Shown here: positions 25,061 to 34,080 of the stretch, one piece after another
How positions within the stretch are numbered: the stretch's first letter is position 1
Layout of the letters: each line of letters opens with the position of its first letter
Assembly: GCA_027306695.1 (NCBI GenBank)
Contig: DAHUZH010000005.1
Coordinates: forward strand, 358-64,357
Source: Acidobacteriaceae bacterium
Lineage (GTDB): Bacteria; Acidobacteriota; Terriglobia; Terriglobales; Acidobacteriaceae
Reading direction: 5' to 3'
DNA length: 64,000 nt
The notes under the pieces: generated by a model
What the model was told of the DNA's origin: nothing
What the model saw: the letters and a program-made list of their open reading frames with translations, nothing else
The model's database searches: none
Made by a program: the position numbers and the translations under genes

Positions 25061-27202
25061 ATGACGATTAAAAAACGGTTCCTCCGGCCTTCGACAGTGG
25101 CATGCGCGTTTCTATGCAGTGTTTCCGCAGGGGTTGTATGCCAACCCATTACCGCCAAGTCCTTCACGATTGAACAGGTCATGAGTTCTCCATTTCCTTC
25201 TGAACTTACCGCCGCGAAGCAAGGATCGACGGTGGCCTGGGTATTCAATCTGAAAGGAGCGGCAAATGTGTGGGTCGCTGCTGGCCCATCCTTTGCGCCC
25301 CATCAGGTCACGCAGTATCAGGGAGATAATGGCCAGCCCATTGCCTCCCTGCAACTTACGCCGGATGGAAAGACCGTGGTCTATGCGCGCGGCACGGAAG
25401 TGAATGCCGTGGGGCGTTCGGCCAACTCCACAACAGACCCACAGCAACCGAAACAACAAGTATGGGCGGCGGACATCGGCAAAGGCGTTCCGCGACTGCT
25501 CGGCGATATGGGTTGCGCGTATGAAGGTTGTGAAGACATCAAGATTTCTCCGAATGGAAAATGGGCCGTCTGGGCGGCCAAGCAAGAGTTATGGATCGCG
25601 CCAATCTCCGGTGCAGTCAAGGCGAAGCAACTTACCGATCTGCAAGGAGATGTTTCCACGCCGCAGTGGTCCCCGGACAGCAAACGCCTGGTGATGGATG
25701 TGAATCGCAAGGACCACAGCTTGATCGTCATCGCCGACCTTACTGGTGACAGCGTCCAGGCCTACCATTACGTCGCGCCCTCGGTCGACCGCGACATGTT
25801 TCCCCACTGGTCGCCGGACGGTAAATCCGTTATTTTTATTCGCACTCCCGGCTTTGAAGATAAGCGCCCCTTGATCCCGGTGCGCACAATCACCTGGAGT
25901 CTCTGGGTAGGAGACGCGCAGACTTATAAGGCCCAATCCATTTGGAAGAGTGGAAGCCAGTCGCGAGATTCCTTGCCGAATTTTGCTGAAACATCCCTCC
26001 ATTTTGGGGCCGGGAACCGCATCGTATTCGATTCGGAACAGGATGGATGGAGTCATCTTTATTCCATCGCGGCCACTGGTGGCGAACCTGTCCTGCTTAC
26101 TCCCGGCGACTTTTCCATTGAGGATTCGTCGCTCAGTGCCGATCGGAAAAATGTATTGTTTTCCTCCAACCAGGACGATATCGACCGCCGCCATCTGTGG
26201 AGCGTAAGCATAGCTGGCGGAAAGGCGCAGTCCGCACTGACGAAAGGCGAGACCATCGAATGGACGCCAGTAGAGACCGGAGATGGTAAGTCGGTCCTAT
26301 GTCTGGGATCGACTGCAACCACTCCAGCGCTGGTCTATCAGGTCGCAAATGGAAAGCGGGAACTTGTTACAAAAAATGCTCTGTCCAAGGATTTTCCAAG
26401 CGCCCAACTCGTAGTTCCCAAGCAAGTCATCTTTAAGAGTGAAGATGGTTATACGATTCACGGTCAGCTTTTTATGCCAAAGGGTCAGACCAAGCCGGGT
26501 CCGGGATTGATTTACACTCACGGCGGCCCACCCCGTCAAATGCTTCTGGGATTCAATTACCTGGACTACTATCACTATGCCTATGCCGAGAATGAGTATC
26601 TGGCAAGCCTCGGATTTACCGTTCTGTCCGTCAACTACCGCCTGGGGATCATGTATGGCCATGACTTCCGCATGGCGCCCAATACTGTCTGGCGTGGGGC
26701 CGCGGAATATAAAGATGTTCTGGCCGGCGCCAAGTATCTACAAAGCTTGCCTACGGTCGATCCGAACCGCATAGGTCTTTGGGGTGGTTCCTACGGAGGG
26801 TTTCTTACTGCGATGGGCCTGGCGCGCAACTCGGACATTTTCAAGGCCGGCGTCGATTATCATGGCGTGCACGATTGGGAAGTCTTTTTGCCGGACTGGG
26901 AGGAAGGCGCGACCTCCGCACCGGACTTGAAAGAAGCGAAGAAACTTGCGTGGGAATCATCTCCAGACTCTTCCGTGAGTCGCTGGAAATCTCCGGTCCT
27001 GCTCATTCAAGGAGATGATGATCGCAATGTTCCATTCAGCCAGACCGTTGACTTGGCGCAACGGTTGCGCGACAACCATGTTCCATTTGAGCAAATTGTT
27101 TACCCCGATGAAATCCACGATTTTCTTCTCTGGAAGGATTTCATCCATTCTTATCAGGCGACGGCGCAGTTCTTTCAACAGCATCTCTCTGAGGGGAAAT
27201 AA
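25061..27202 (+). CDS. Peptidase S9 (prolyl-oligopeptidase / dipeptidyl-peptidase type) with N-terminal beta-propeller
   Basis: The tracked ORF starts at 24893 inside the previous gene. ATG 25061 gives the signal peptide MTIKKRFLRPSTVACAFLCSVSAGVVC. Propeller blades ('PQWSPDSKRLV', 'PHWSPDGKSVIF'). Nucleophile elbow 'LWGGSYGGFLT', then 'LLIQGDDDRNVP' and 'YPDEIHDF' (Ser-Asp-His order of S9). Confidence 0.9.
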   Translation: MTIKKRFLRPSTVACAFLCSVSAGVVCQPITAKSFTIEQVMSSPFPSELTAAKQGSTVAWVFNLKGAANVWVAAGPSFAPHQVTQYQGDNGQPIASLQLTPDGKTVVYARGTEVNAVGRSANSTTDPQQPKQQVWAADIGKGVPRLLGDMGCAYEGCEDIKISPNGKWAVWAAKQELWIAPISGAVKAKQLTDLQGDVSTPQWSPDSKRLVMDVNRKDHSLIVIADLTGDSVQAYHYVAPSVDRDMFPHWSPDGKSVIFIRTPGFEDKRPLIPVRTITWSLWVGDAQTYKAQSIWKSGSQSRDSLPNFAETSLHFGAGNRIVFDSEQDGWSHLYSIAATGGEPVLLTPGDFSIEDSSLSADRKNVLFSSNQDDIDRRHLWSVSIAGGKAQSALTKGETIEWTPVETGDGKSVLCLGSTATTPALVYQVANGKRELVTKNALSKDFPSAQLVVPKQVIFKSEDGYTIHGQLFMPKGQTKPGPGLIYTHGGPPRQMLLGFNYLDYYHYAYAENEYLASLGFTVLSVNYRLGIMYGHDFRMAPNTVWRGAAEYKDVLAGAKYLQSLPTVDPNRIGLWGGSYGGFLTAMGLARNSDIFKAGVDYHGVHDWEVFLPDWEEGATSAPDLKEAKKLAWESSPDSSVSRWKSPVLLIQGDDDRNVPFSQTVDLAQRLRDNHVPFEQIVYPDEIHDFLLWKDFIHSYQATAQFFQQHLSEGK

Positions 27203-27208
27203 GTCCCA

Positions 27209-28126
27209 ATGACAACTCCAGACCACGATGGTTTACGGACAACCTCGCAGCTTTCCAGGCAGATTCTTACATTCATTGCATGCGTGGTTTTGTTCAGCAG
27301 CGTGCCCTATTCCTTCATCATCCATTCCGGGCATCTTGGAGTAGGCAATGGGCTGATGACTGCGCTTTTAATGTGGTGTCCGGCATTTGCCGCCTTTGCG
27401 ACTTGCGGATTTTTCAGGATCGATATCGCGAGTCTCGGATGGAACTGGCGGCCCACATGTTATGAGGTCTGGGCGTATCTGCTTCCGATTTTCTATGCCT
27501 TTCCTGTCTATGTGGTTACATGGACATTCATTAGCGGCTCCTTTCAATTTTCCGCGTTTGCTGCTTCGTCCGGTGCAGCCTTTGGATTCCCCCACTGGTC
27601 GCGAACCATTACCTTCCTGGTGGTTCTGCCCACCTATGCGTCTGTCGGCGTGATTAGCTCGATGGCTCGTACACTTGGAGAAGAGATCGGCTGGAGAGGT
27701 TTCCTGCTGCCACGGCTGGTGCAGCGTATGGGCTTTACCTTAGGTTGTTTTATAAGTGGTTGTATCTGGGCGGTGTGGCATTATCCTGCACTGCTGCTTG
27801 CCGATTACAATGCCGGTACGCCACGAATTTATGCACTGACCTGCTTCACCCTTATGGTGATAGGTGCTGCCTATGTTTTCGGCTGGTTCCGGCTCAAATC
27901 TGGCAGCTTGTGGCCTGCGGCGATGTTACATGCCAGCCACAATCTATTCATCCAGGCCATCTTCGATCGCATGACCCACCCGTCTGGCAAAGCACTGTAT
28001 GTTACGACTGAATTCGGCGCAGGATTGGCTCTGACAATCGGGGCCTGTGCATTCTATCTTTGGACTCGGCGTCGAGAAATAAACGATGCACTTCCAGGCT
28101 ATTCTGGGATGCAACCCCGAAGATAA
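27209..28126 (+). CDS. CPBP-family intramembrane glutamic endopeptidase (CAAX protease / Abi-like)
   Basis: Polytopic. Motif 1 'GEEIGWRGFLLPRL' (EExxxR), motif 2 'IWAVWHYP', motif 3 'AMLHASHNL'. Starts 6 nt after the S9 stop. Confidence 0.85.
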   Translation: MTTPDHDGLRTTSQLSRQILTFIACVVLFSSVPYSFIIHSGHLGVGNGLMTALLMWCPAFAAFATCGFFRIDIASLGWNWRPTCYEVWAYLLPIFYAFPVYVVTWTFISGSFQFSAFAASSGAAFGFPHWSRTITFLVVLPTYASVGVISSMARTLGEEIGWRGFLLPRLVQRMGFTLGCFISGCIWAVWHYPALLLADYNAGTPRIYALTCFTLMVIGAAYVFGWFRLKSGSLWPAAMLHASHNLFIQAIFDRMTHPSGKALYVTTEFGAGLALTIGACAFYLWTRRREINDALPGYSGMQPRR

Positions 28127-28460
28127 GCGGATCTTCGTCGCCGATCCAAAGGAAGGGTCGCGGCACAATCGTGGCTGCGCCGTGGATCTGACTCTTTATG
28201 ACCTGAAGACTGGAAAGCCGATCGAAATGACGGGCGTTTACGATGAAATGTCCGAGCGGTCCTATCCTTTTTATCCGGGAGGGACTTCGCTCGAGCGCTG
28301 GCATCGCGATCTTCTGCGGCATGTGATGGAGTCGGAGGGCTTTCAGGTGTACGAGTTCGAGTGGTGGCATTTCGATTACAAGGACTGGCAACATTATCCC
28401 ATTTTGAATTTGAAGTTCGAAGATTTGAATGGGGCCGCAGCAATGAAGAAAGCAGCGTGA
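28086..28460 (+). pseudogene. D-Ala-D-Ala dipeptidase (VanX/DdpX, peptidase M15D) remnant lacking the N-terminal ~75 residues
   Basis: 'FVADPKEGSRHNRGCAVDLTLYD...MTGVYDEMSERSYPF...FEWWHFDY' matches the SxHxxGxAxD zinc site and the ExxH of VanX/DdpX. The frame is closed by TAA at 28080-28082 one codon upstream of the ATG. The ORF overlaps the CPBP 3' end by 41 nt. It could still be translated as a 124-aa stub. Confidence 0.6.
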
Positions 28461-28490
28461 GTTGAAAATGCCACGCGTCGATGAGGCCCA

Positions 28491-31400
28491 ATGACAATGA
28501 TGAAGAATAAGAAAACGATTTTGTTCTCGTTTGCAGCCCTTGCGATGTTCCTGATATGGCCGCGGAATATGCCAGCCCAGAACGTGAGCGCGTTGGCCGA
28601 GCAAATCCATCAAATCACGCACAGGCCTGTCTACGAACATTCAAGTTTCGGCGTGGAAGTGTATTCGCTGGATGAAGACAAAGTTATATACTCGCTTCGC
28701 AGCCAGCAGCTTTTCACGCCAGCCTCAACAACCAAGCTGCTGACGGAAGGCACCGCTCTTCAGCTTCTCGGTCCGGGTTACCGCTTTCACACGCGAGTCT
28801 ATCGCACGGGCCCGGTCACTCCAGAAGGCACATTGCAGGGCGATTTGGTTCTTGTAGCGAGCGGAGATCCGAATCTCTCGGGCCGGATTCAGCCAGATGG
28901 CGCGTTGGCATTCGAGAACGAAGATCATGCCTATGGCGGCAGCCCCGACACCAAAGCCGTTCCCGGCGATCCGTTGCTGGTGGTCCAGGAACTTGCGGCG
29001 CAAGTCGTAGCGCACGGCGTGAAGCGTATTGCAGGGCGTGTTCTGGTGGACGCAACGCTGTTTCCCGAAGGGGAACGGGACCTTGGGACTGGCATCGTGA
29101 TTTCACCGGTCTCAGTGAACGACAACATCGTAGACCTGACGGTTGCGCCGGGCAGCAAGGAAGGCGCCGCTGCCACGCTGCATATTTCGCCAGCAAGTAC
29201 GTATGTAACATTTGTCAACCAGATCACCACTGGGCCTGCCGGTTCAAAGCCGGATATAAATCCGATGGCGGACGTCACAAATCCAGACGGCTCGCATACT
29301 GTGACGCTGAGCGGAAAGTTCCCGCTGAACAGCCCCTCCATCCTTTATCCCTATGCGGTTCCGCAACCGAACCGCTTCGCTCAGATGGCCTTCGCCGAAG
29401 CTCTTCGTGCAAAGGGCATCCAGGTGGGAACTTCGTCGCCGAGCGGGAAGCCTGATTTCAAAACATTAGCGGCTTCTTATACGGATGGAAATGTCGTTGC
29501 GGAGCACGTCTCGCCTCCTCTCTCCGAAGAAGTCAAGGTGACCTTGAAGGTCAGCCAGAATCTGCATGCCAGCATGATGCCATTCATTCTCGGTGCCGTG
29601 CTCAGTCACAAGACGCAGGACGCGGAGCAGGCCGGTTTCGATCTCGAACACGATTTTCTCGCCAAAGCCGGTCTGGACCTGAGCGGCGCTTCGCAGGGGG
29701 ATGGAGCGGGCGGCGCGCAATCTGCCTTCTTTACGCCGGATTTCATGGTGCATTACCTCGCGTTCATGTCGAAACAGAAAGACTTCCAGCTTCTTGAAAA
29801 AGCACTTCCGATTCTTGGCCGTGACGGAACACTTTGGAATATAGAAGTAAATTCACCGGCAGCAGGACACGTCTTTGCCAAAACTGGCACCTTTGGTGCG
29901 TACGACGCGCTGAATAAGAATTTGATGCTTACCGGCAAAGGTCTGGCGGGTTACATGACAACCGCCGATGGCCGCCACGTCGCATTTGCGATCTACGCCA
30001 ATCGTGTTTCATTGTCCGCAGAGGATACGGATGCTCCTGAGAAGCTCGTGGGCCAGGCGCTGGGAAAAATTGCAGCGGCAATTTATTCCACTCCATCGGG
30101 TGAAGCAGCGCCCTTCGACGTCATCATCAAGAATGGTCACATTCTCGACGGTGCTGGAGGTACCTGGTACGCGGCCGACATTGGAATTCGTGGAAACCGC
30201 ATCGCGGCGATCGGAAAACTCGATGACGCGCAGGCCAAGAAGGTGATTGACGCAACCGGTCAAATTGTTTCGCCTGGCTTCATCGACATGCTTGGGCAGT
30301 CGGAGATGGCCCTTCTTGTCGATAACCGCTCGCTGAGCAAGCTATCGCAAGGGATCACGTCCGAGATCACGGGCGAGGGTGGCTCGATCGCGCCGCAGGA
30401 CGCAAGGACGCTTGCAGCACTCCAACCCTCCCTGGATGTCCTGCATGTCAAGGTCGACTGGACGACCCTCGATGGCTACTTCCGCCGCCTTCAACTGAAC
30501 GGGACGCCGCTCAATCTCGGCACATACGTTGGCGCGGCGCAGGTACGTGAAGCTGTGATTGGGGAGGAGGACCGCGCTCCCACGCCGGCCGAACTCGACC
30601 AGATGAAAGCTCTGGTGGCGCAGGCGATGAAGGATGGAGCGATGGGGCTTTCCACGGCATTGATTTATCCGCCCGGCTCCTATGCCAGGACGGATGAATT
30701 GATTGCGCTCGCCAAGGTTGCCGCGCAATATGGCGGCATTTACGCGACCCACATGCGCAGCGAGGGTGCAACGGAAATGCAAGCTCTCGATGAAGCGATC
30801 CGCATTGGCCATGAAGCTGGATTGCCGGTGGAGGTCTTCCACCTTAAAGCGAGTGGCAAGTCACGTTGGGGCACAATGCCACAGATTGTCGCAAAGATTC
30901 AGGCGGCGCGCGACTCCGGGCTTGACATCCGCGCCGATCAATACCCTTACCTCGCGGGCGGAACCGCACTGGCCTCCGCGCTGCCGCCGTGGGTGGCCGA
31001 CGGCGGAGTGGAGAAACTGCTCGAACGCTTGCATGACCCAAAAGTTCGTGCGCGTATCAAGCGCGAGATGGGCGCCGACCACAAAGATTGGGAAAATCTC
31101 TATTTCGACAGCGGCGGCGGATCGGGCGTACTCATTTCTGGCGTTGTCAATCCTGCGCTGAAAAAGTACAACGGCAAGACTGTGGCGCAGATGGCGAAGG
31201 CGGAAGGAAAGCCTGATCTGGATGCATTGCTCGACTTTATCCTCGCCGACAAGGCCCAGACCGGAGCGCTCTATTTCATCGCCAATGAGAAGGACTTGAC
31301 GTACGCCCTCAAGCAGCGGTGGACCTCAATTTGCCTGGATGCCAACGAGACATCACTCAATGGGCCACTCTTTGAACCGCAGAACCATCCCCGAGCGTGG

Positions 31401-31733
31401 GGAGCTTTTCCGCGCTTCCTCGGATACTACGTCCGCGACGAGCACTTGATGCCGCTTGCGGAGGCCATTCGGAAGATCACATCTATGCCGGCGCAGCGGG
31501 AACATCTGACCAACCGCGGACTCATCAAAACGGGTTTCTACGCGGATATCACGATCTTCGATCCGGCTACGATCATTGATCGCGCCACATACGCCAACCC
31601 AAATCAACTTTCAAACGGCGTGGATTACGTGTTGGTCAATGGCCAGCTTGAATACGATCACGGGAAATTGGCTGCCGCGAAAGCGGGACAGATCCTCCGC
31701 GGGCCCGGCTGGTATGGAACCTCCGGTCGCTAG
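28491..31733 (+). CDS. Fusion protein: PBP4-type D-Ala-D-Ala carboxypeptidase/endopeptidase (peptidase S13, DacB-like; aa 1-~532) + D-aminoacylase-like amidohydrolase (aa ~542-1080)
   Basis: Signal peptide MTMMKNKKTILFSFAALAMFLIW. S13 motifs 'TPASTTKLLT' (SxxK), 'VSQNLHA' (SxN) and 'FAKTGT' (KTG). Linker STPSGEAAP at 30087-30113. Then 'FDVIIKNGHILDGAGG...GNRIAAIG...SPGFID', 'GGIYATHMRSEG', 'VFHLK' and 'HPRAWGAFPRFLGYYVRD' are typical of N-acyl-D-amino-acid deacylases. Confidence 0.85.
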   Translation: MTMMKNKKTILFSFAALAMFLIWPRNMPAQNVSALAEQIHQITHRPVYEHSSFGVEVYSLDEDKVIYSLRSQQLFTPASTTKLLTEGTALQLLGPGYRFHTRVYRTGPVTPEGTLQGDLVLVASGDPNLSGRIQPDGALAFENEDHAYGGSPDTKAVPGDPLLVVQELAAQVVAHGVKRIAGRVLVDATLFPEGERDLGTGIVISPVSVNDNIVDLTVAPGSKEGAAATLHISPASTYVTFVNQITTGPAGSKPDINPMADVTNPDGSHTVTLSGKFPLNSPSILYPYAVPQPNRFAQMAFAEALRAKGIQVGTSSPSGKPDFKTLAASYTDGNVVAEHVSPPLSEEVKVTLKVSQNLHASMMPFILGAVLSHKTQDAEQAGFDLEHDFLAKAGLDLSGASQGDGAGGAQSAFFTPDFMVHYLAFMSKQKDFQLLEKALPILGRDGTLWNIEVNSPAAGHVFAKTGTFGAYDALNKNLMLTGKGLAGYMTTADGRHVAFAIYANRVSLSAEDTDAPEKLVGQALGKIAAAIYSTPSGEAAPFDVIIKNGHILDGAGGTWYAADIGIRGNRIAAIGKLDDAQAKKVIDATGQIVSPGFIDMLGQSEMALLVDNRSLSKLSQGITSEITGEGGSIAPQDARTLAALQPSLDVLHVKVDWTTLDGYFRRLQLNGTPLNLGTYVGAAQVREAVIGEEDRAPTPAELDQMKALVAQAMKDGAMGLSTALIYPPGSYARTDELIALAKVAAQYGGIYATHMRSEGATEMQALDEAIRIGHEAGLPVEVFHLKASGKSRWGTMPQIVAKIQAARDSGLDIRADQYPYLAGGTALASALPPWVADGGVEKLLERLHDPKVRARIKREMGADHKDWENLYFDSGGGSGVLISGVVNPALKKYNGKTVAQMAKAEGKPDLDALLDFILADKAQTGALYFIANEKDLTYALKQRWTSICLDANETSLNGPLFEPQNHPRAWGAFPRFLGYYVRDEHLMPLAEAIRKITSMPAQREHLTNRGLIKTGFYADITIFDPATIIDRATYANPNQLSNGVDYVLVNGQLEYDHGKLAAAKAGQILRGPGWYGTSGR

Positions 31734-31772
31734 CTGTGGAGCCTCATCCCGATTTCACCAAGAGTGCTCGCT

Positions 31773-32534
31773 TCAATCTTCATAGTGCTCCAATAGGTAG
31801 ATTCCATTTCCGTTTTCCACCCTGAATCCGGTCACAGCGAAACCCTGTGCAAACCGCTCCTGGAAATCCATTTTGAGCCGAGCCTGGACTTCCTCAGCAT
31901 GCCGCGATCCAGAGTTCTTCCAGTCCTCCATCTCCGCAGGCACAACAATCTGGACCGCATTGGAAGCAACGGTGGGAGCGCTTCCAGCAAGGGCGCTCTG
32001 GACGCGGCTTGAAGAGACCTGCCATTCTGCAACCAGGCGGTCTGTGGGAAGGCCGCCATGCAGCGGGCTTGACGTTATCCCGTAAAGATTCGGATAAAAG
32101 CGACGTATGATCGCGCCCAGACGCACGACATTGAAATAGGCGTTGCGGGGGGCCAGTGGGTCGAATGTCCATTCCATCAGAGGGACCTGCTGGGCCAGCG
32201 CTATCTCTCGTTGCTTCAGTTTCAGCAGGCGGCCCAAACCGCGATTCTGATATTCAGGGAGCACCCCGACGATATGGGAATGTAGATATCGCAGGTCGCC
32301 ACGGAACGCGGGGAACGCAAGAGCAAACCCAGCAGGTTTCGATCCATGATGGGCGAGAAGGGTATGACCGCCGACCTTGTTGGCGACGACAAAAATAGCC
32401 GAAGGAGTCACATCTTCGTCGGGATCGTCCCATATCGTGCGTTGTAAATCCATGCACTGGCGAATCCCATCGAGAGATCCGCAAACCTCGATTGAGAACT
32501 GCGCAGGAAGTGCCGGGTCTTGTATGAAGTTCAA
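31773..32534 (-). CDS. GNAT-family acyltransferase (COG3375-like), cytoplasmic
   Basis: 253 aa. 'VGVLPEYQNRGLGRLLKLKQRE' is the Q/R-x-x-G-x-G/A acyl-CoA site. TTG start at 32534 preceded by GAGGGA. No signal peptide. Confidence 0.65.
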   Translation of the reverse strand: MNFIQDPALPAQFSIEVCGSLDGIRQCMDLQRTIWDDPDEDVTPSAIFVVANKVGGHTLLAHHGSKPAGFALAFPAFRGDLRYLHSHIVGVLPEYQNRGLGRLLKLKQREIALAQQVPLMEWTFDPLAPRNAYFNVVRLGAIIRRFYPNLYGITSSPLHGGLPTDRLVAEWQVSSSRVQSALAGSAPTVASNAVQIVVPAEMEDWKNSGSRHAEEVQARLKMDFQERFAQGFAVTGFRVENGNGIYLLEHYED

Positions 32535-32706
32535 TGTCGTCCCTCACTTTGTCCAATACATGCGAATCTTTATCTATAATGATACAAATGTTTCTTATTG
32601 TCTTGGTTTGCGCAGAACAGAGACGCCATAGAAATAATTAGTAAAAAATTAATAAAACACGAAACATTCAGCGATGTGAAACATTTGATGCATTTCTCAA
32701 TACAGC

Positions 32707-34080
32707 TTACTGTCCATCCTTCATAGTCGGCCTCGGAAAGACACGAAAAAACAGATATACAGGAACACCGGTCAGAATCATCGCGATTCCAAAGCACGCA
32801 TGAATAGGATCGTTCAAAATGGTACTGAGCGAAATTCCGATCGCAGCCAAAATGAATAAGAGCGGCAGCCATGGATAGGCTGGCACGCGAAAGCTGCGTT
32901 CCAGCTCTGGTTTTCTGATCCGAAGCACGATCACGGCGGCAACCGTAAGCCCGTAGAAGATCCATGCAGTGAAGATGACATACGTGAATAGCTGCTGGAA
33001 GTTGCCCGTCAAAGTCAGCAGCGATGCCCAAACGCCCTGAACAAGAATCGCCAGAATCGGTGTATGAAAGCGCTGGCTGGTTTGACCAAGGCATCGAAAG
33101 AAGATGCCATCGCGGGCCATGGCGTAATAGACGCGCGGCCCAGTAAGGACCATGCCATTCATTGAACCCAGAATAGAAGTAAGAATCAGGATCGAGATCA
33201 GCACCGTCGTTCCCATGCCGTAGGCAACCTGGATTGCGGTGGCGGCTGCATGGTCCGTACCTCGGATTGCGAGGGGCGTTAAGACAGAGTAATAGGCGAT
33301 ATTCATCAGGACGTAAATCGCCGCGACAATCGCCGTTCCCAGGAACAGGCTCTGGGGCAGGTCGCGTTTCGCAGAGCGAAACTCGCTTGCAGTAAATGAA
33401 ACGACATGCCATCCTTCATACGCCCACAATACCGCGACCAGAGCCGCCCCAAAAGGAAGTAAAGAGTGCGATGTAGGCATGGTCGGAGGAAAGCTGGCTT
33501 GCAGCAAGTGAACGTGTCCGCGCCAGAGTAAGAGTACGAAAAGCAGGGCCAATCCTGCCAATTTGCTGACTGTGCTTACGTTCTGCACCAGCTTGCCGAG
33601 GCGGACCCCTAAGCAATTCACTCCTGTCAGCAGAAGGATGCAGGCAATGGCTGTAATTTTCTGCCCGGCGACGGTGAGCGGAAACAGGCGCGAAAGATAA
33701 AGACTGAAACCGACTGCTAAGGTTGCAATGCTGCCGGACTGGATCATGGATAGAAGGCCCCAGCCATAGAGAAAAGCTGGTAGTCTGCCAAATGCATGTC
33801 GCAAGTAGACATACAGTCCGCCTGCTCCGGGATAAATAGAACCTAGTTCGCCCAGCGACAATGCGCCGAATAAGCTGAGCAGGCCGCCAACGATCCACAC
33901 CAGCAATACCGCACTCAGCGAGCGCAGGTGCGCCGCAATCGGGCCTGGGACAAGAAATATTCCCGACCCAATCACCGTTCCAACGACTAGGGCGATACCG
34001 TCCGCACGGTTCAGTTCGCGGACTAAGCCTGTTTTTCTGTCCAGTGCCTGTGGGTCAGACTTCGTACCAACGGAATCCAT
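32707..34080 (-). CDS. APC-superfamily amino-acid permease
   Basis: 457 aa, ~12 TM. 'ALVVGTVIGSGIFLVPG' and 'AYEGWHVVSFTASEFR' are typical of amino-acid/polyamine/organocation transporters. GAGGAA lies 7 nt upstream of ATG 34080. Overlaps the RpiR stop by 26 nt. Confidence 0.9.
   Translation of the reverse strand: MDSVGTKSDPQALDRKTGLVRELNRADGIALVVGTVIGSGIFLVPGPIAAHLRSLSAVLLVWIVGGLLSLFGALSLGELGSIYPGAGGLYVYLRHAFGRLPAFLYGWGLLSMIQSGSIATLAVGFSLYLSRLFPLTVAGQKITAIACILLLTGVNCLGVRLGKLVQNVSTVSKLAGLALLFVLLLWRGHVHLLQASFPPTMPTSHSLLPFGAALVAVLWAYEGWHVVSFTASEFRSAKRDLPQSLFLGTAIVAAIYVLMNIAYYSVLTPLAIRGTDHAAATAIQVAYGMGTTVLISILILTSILGSMNGMVLTGPRVYYAMARDGIFFRCLGQTSQRFHTPILAILVQGVWASLLTLTGNFQQLFTYVIFTAWIFYGLTVAAVIVLRIRKPELERSFRVPAYPWLPLLFILAAIGISLSTILNDPIHACFGIAMILTGVPVYLFFRVFPRPTMKDGQ

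Noticed and set aside
27209-28460. Idea that the CPBP and VanX-like ORFs are joined by programmed frameshifting into one protein
   Set aside because: There is no slippery heptamer or stimulatory structure at the overlap. The VanX part starts mid-domain, so a fusion would not restore a complete M15D fold. A deletion scar is simpler.
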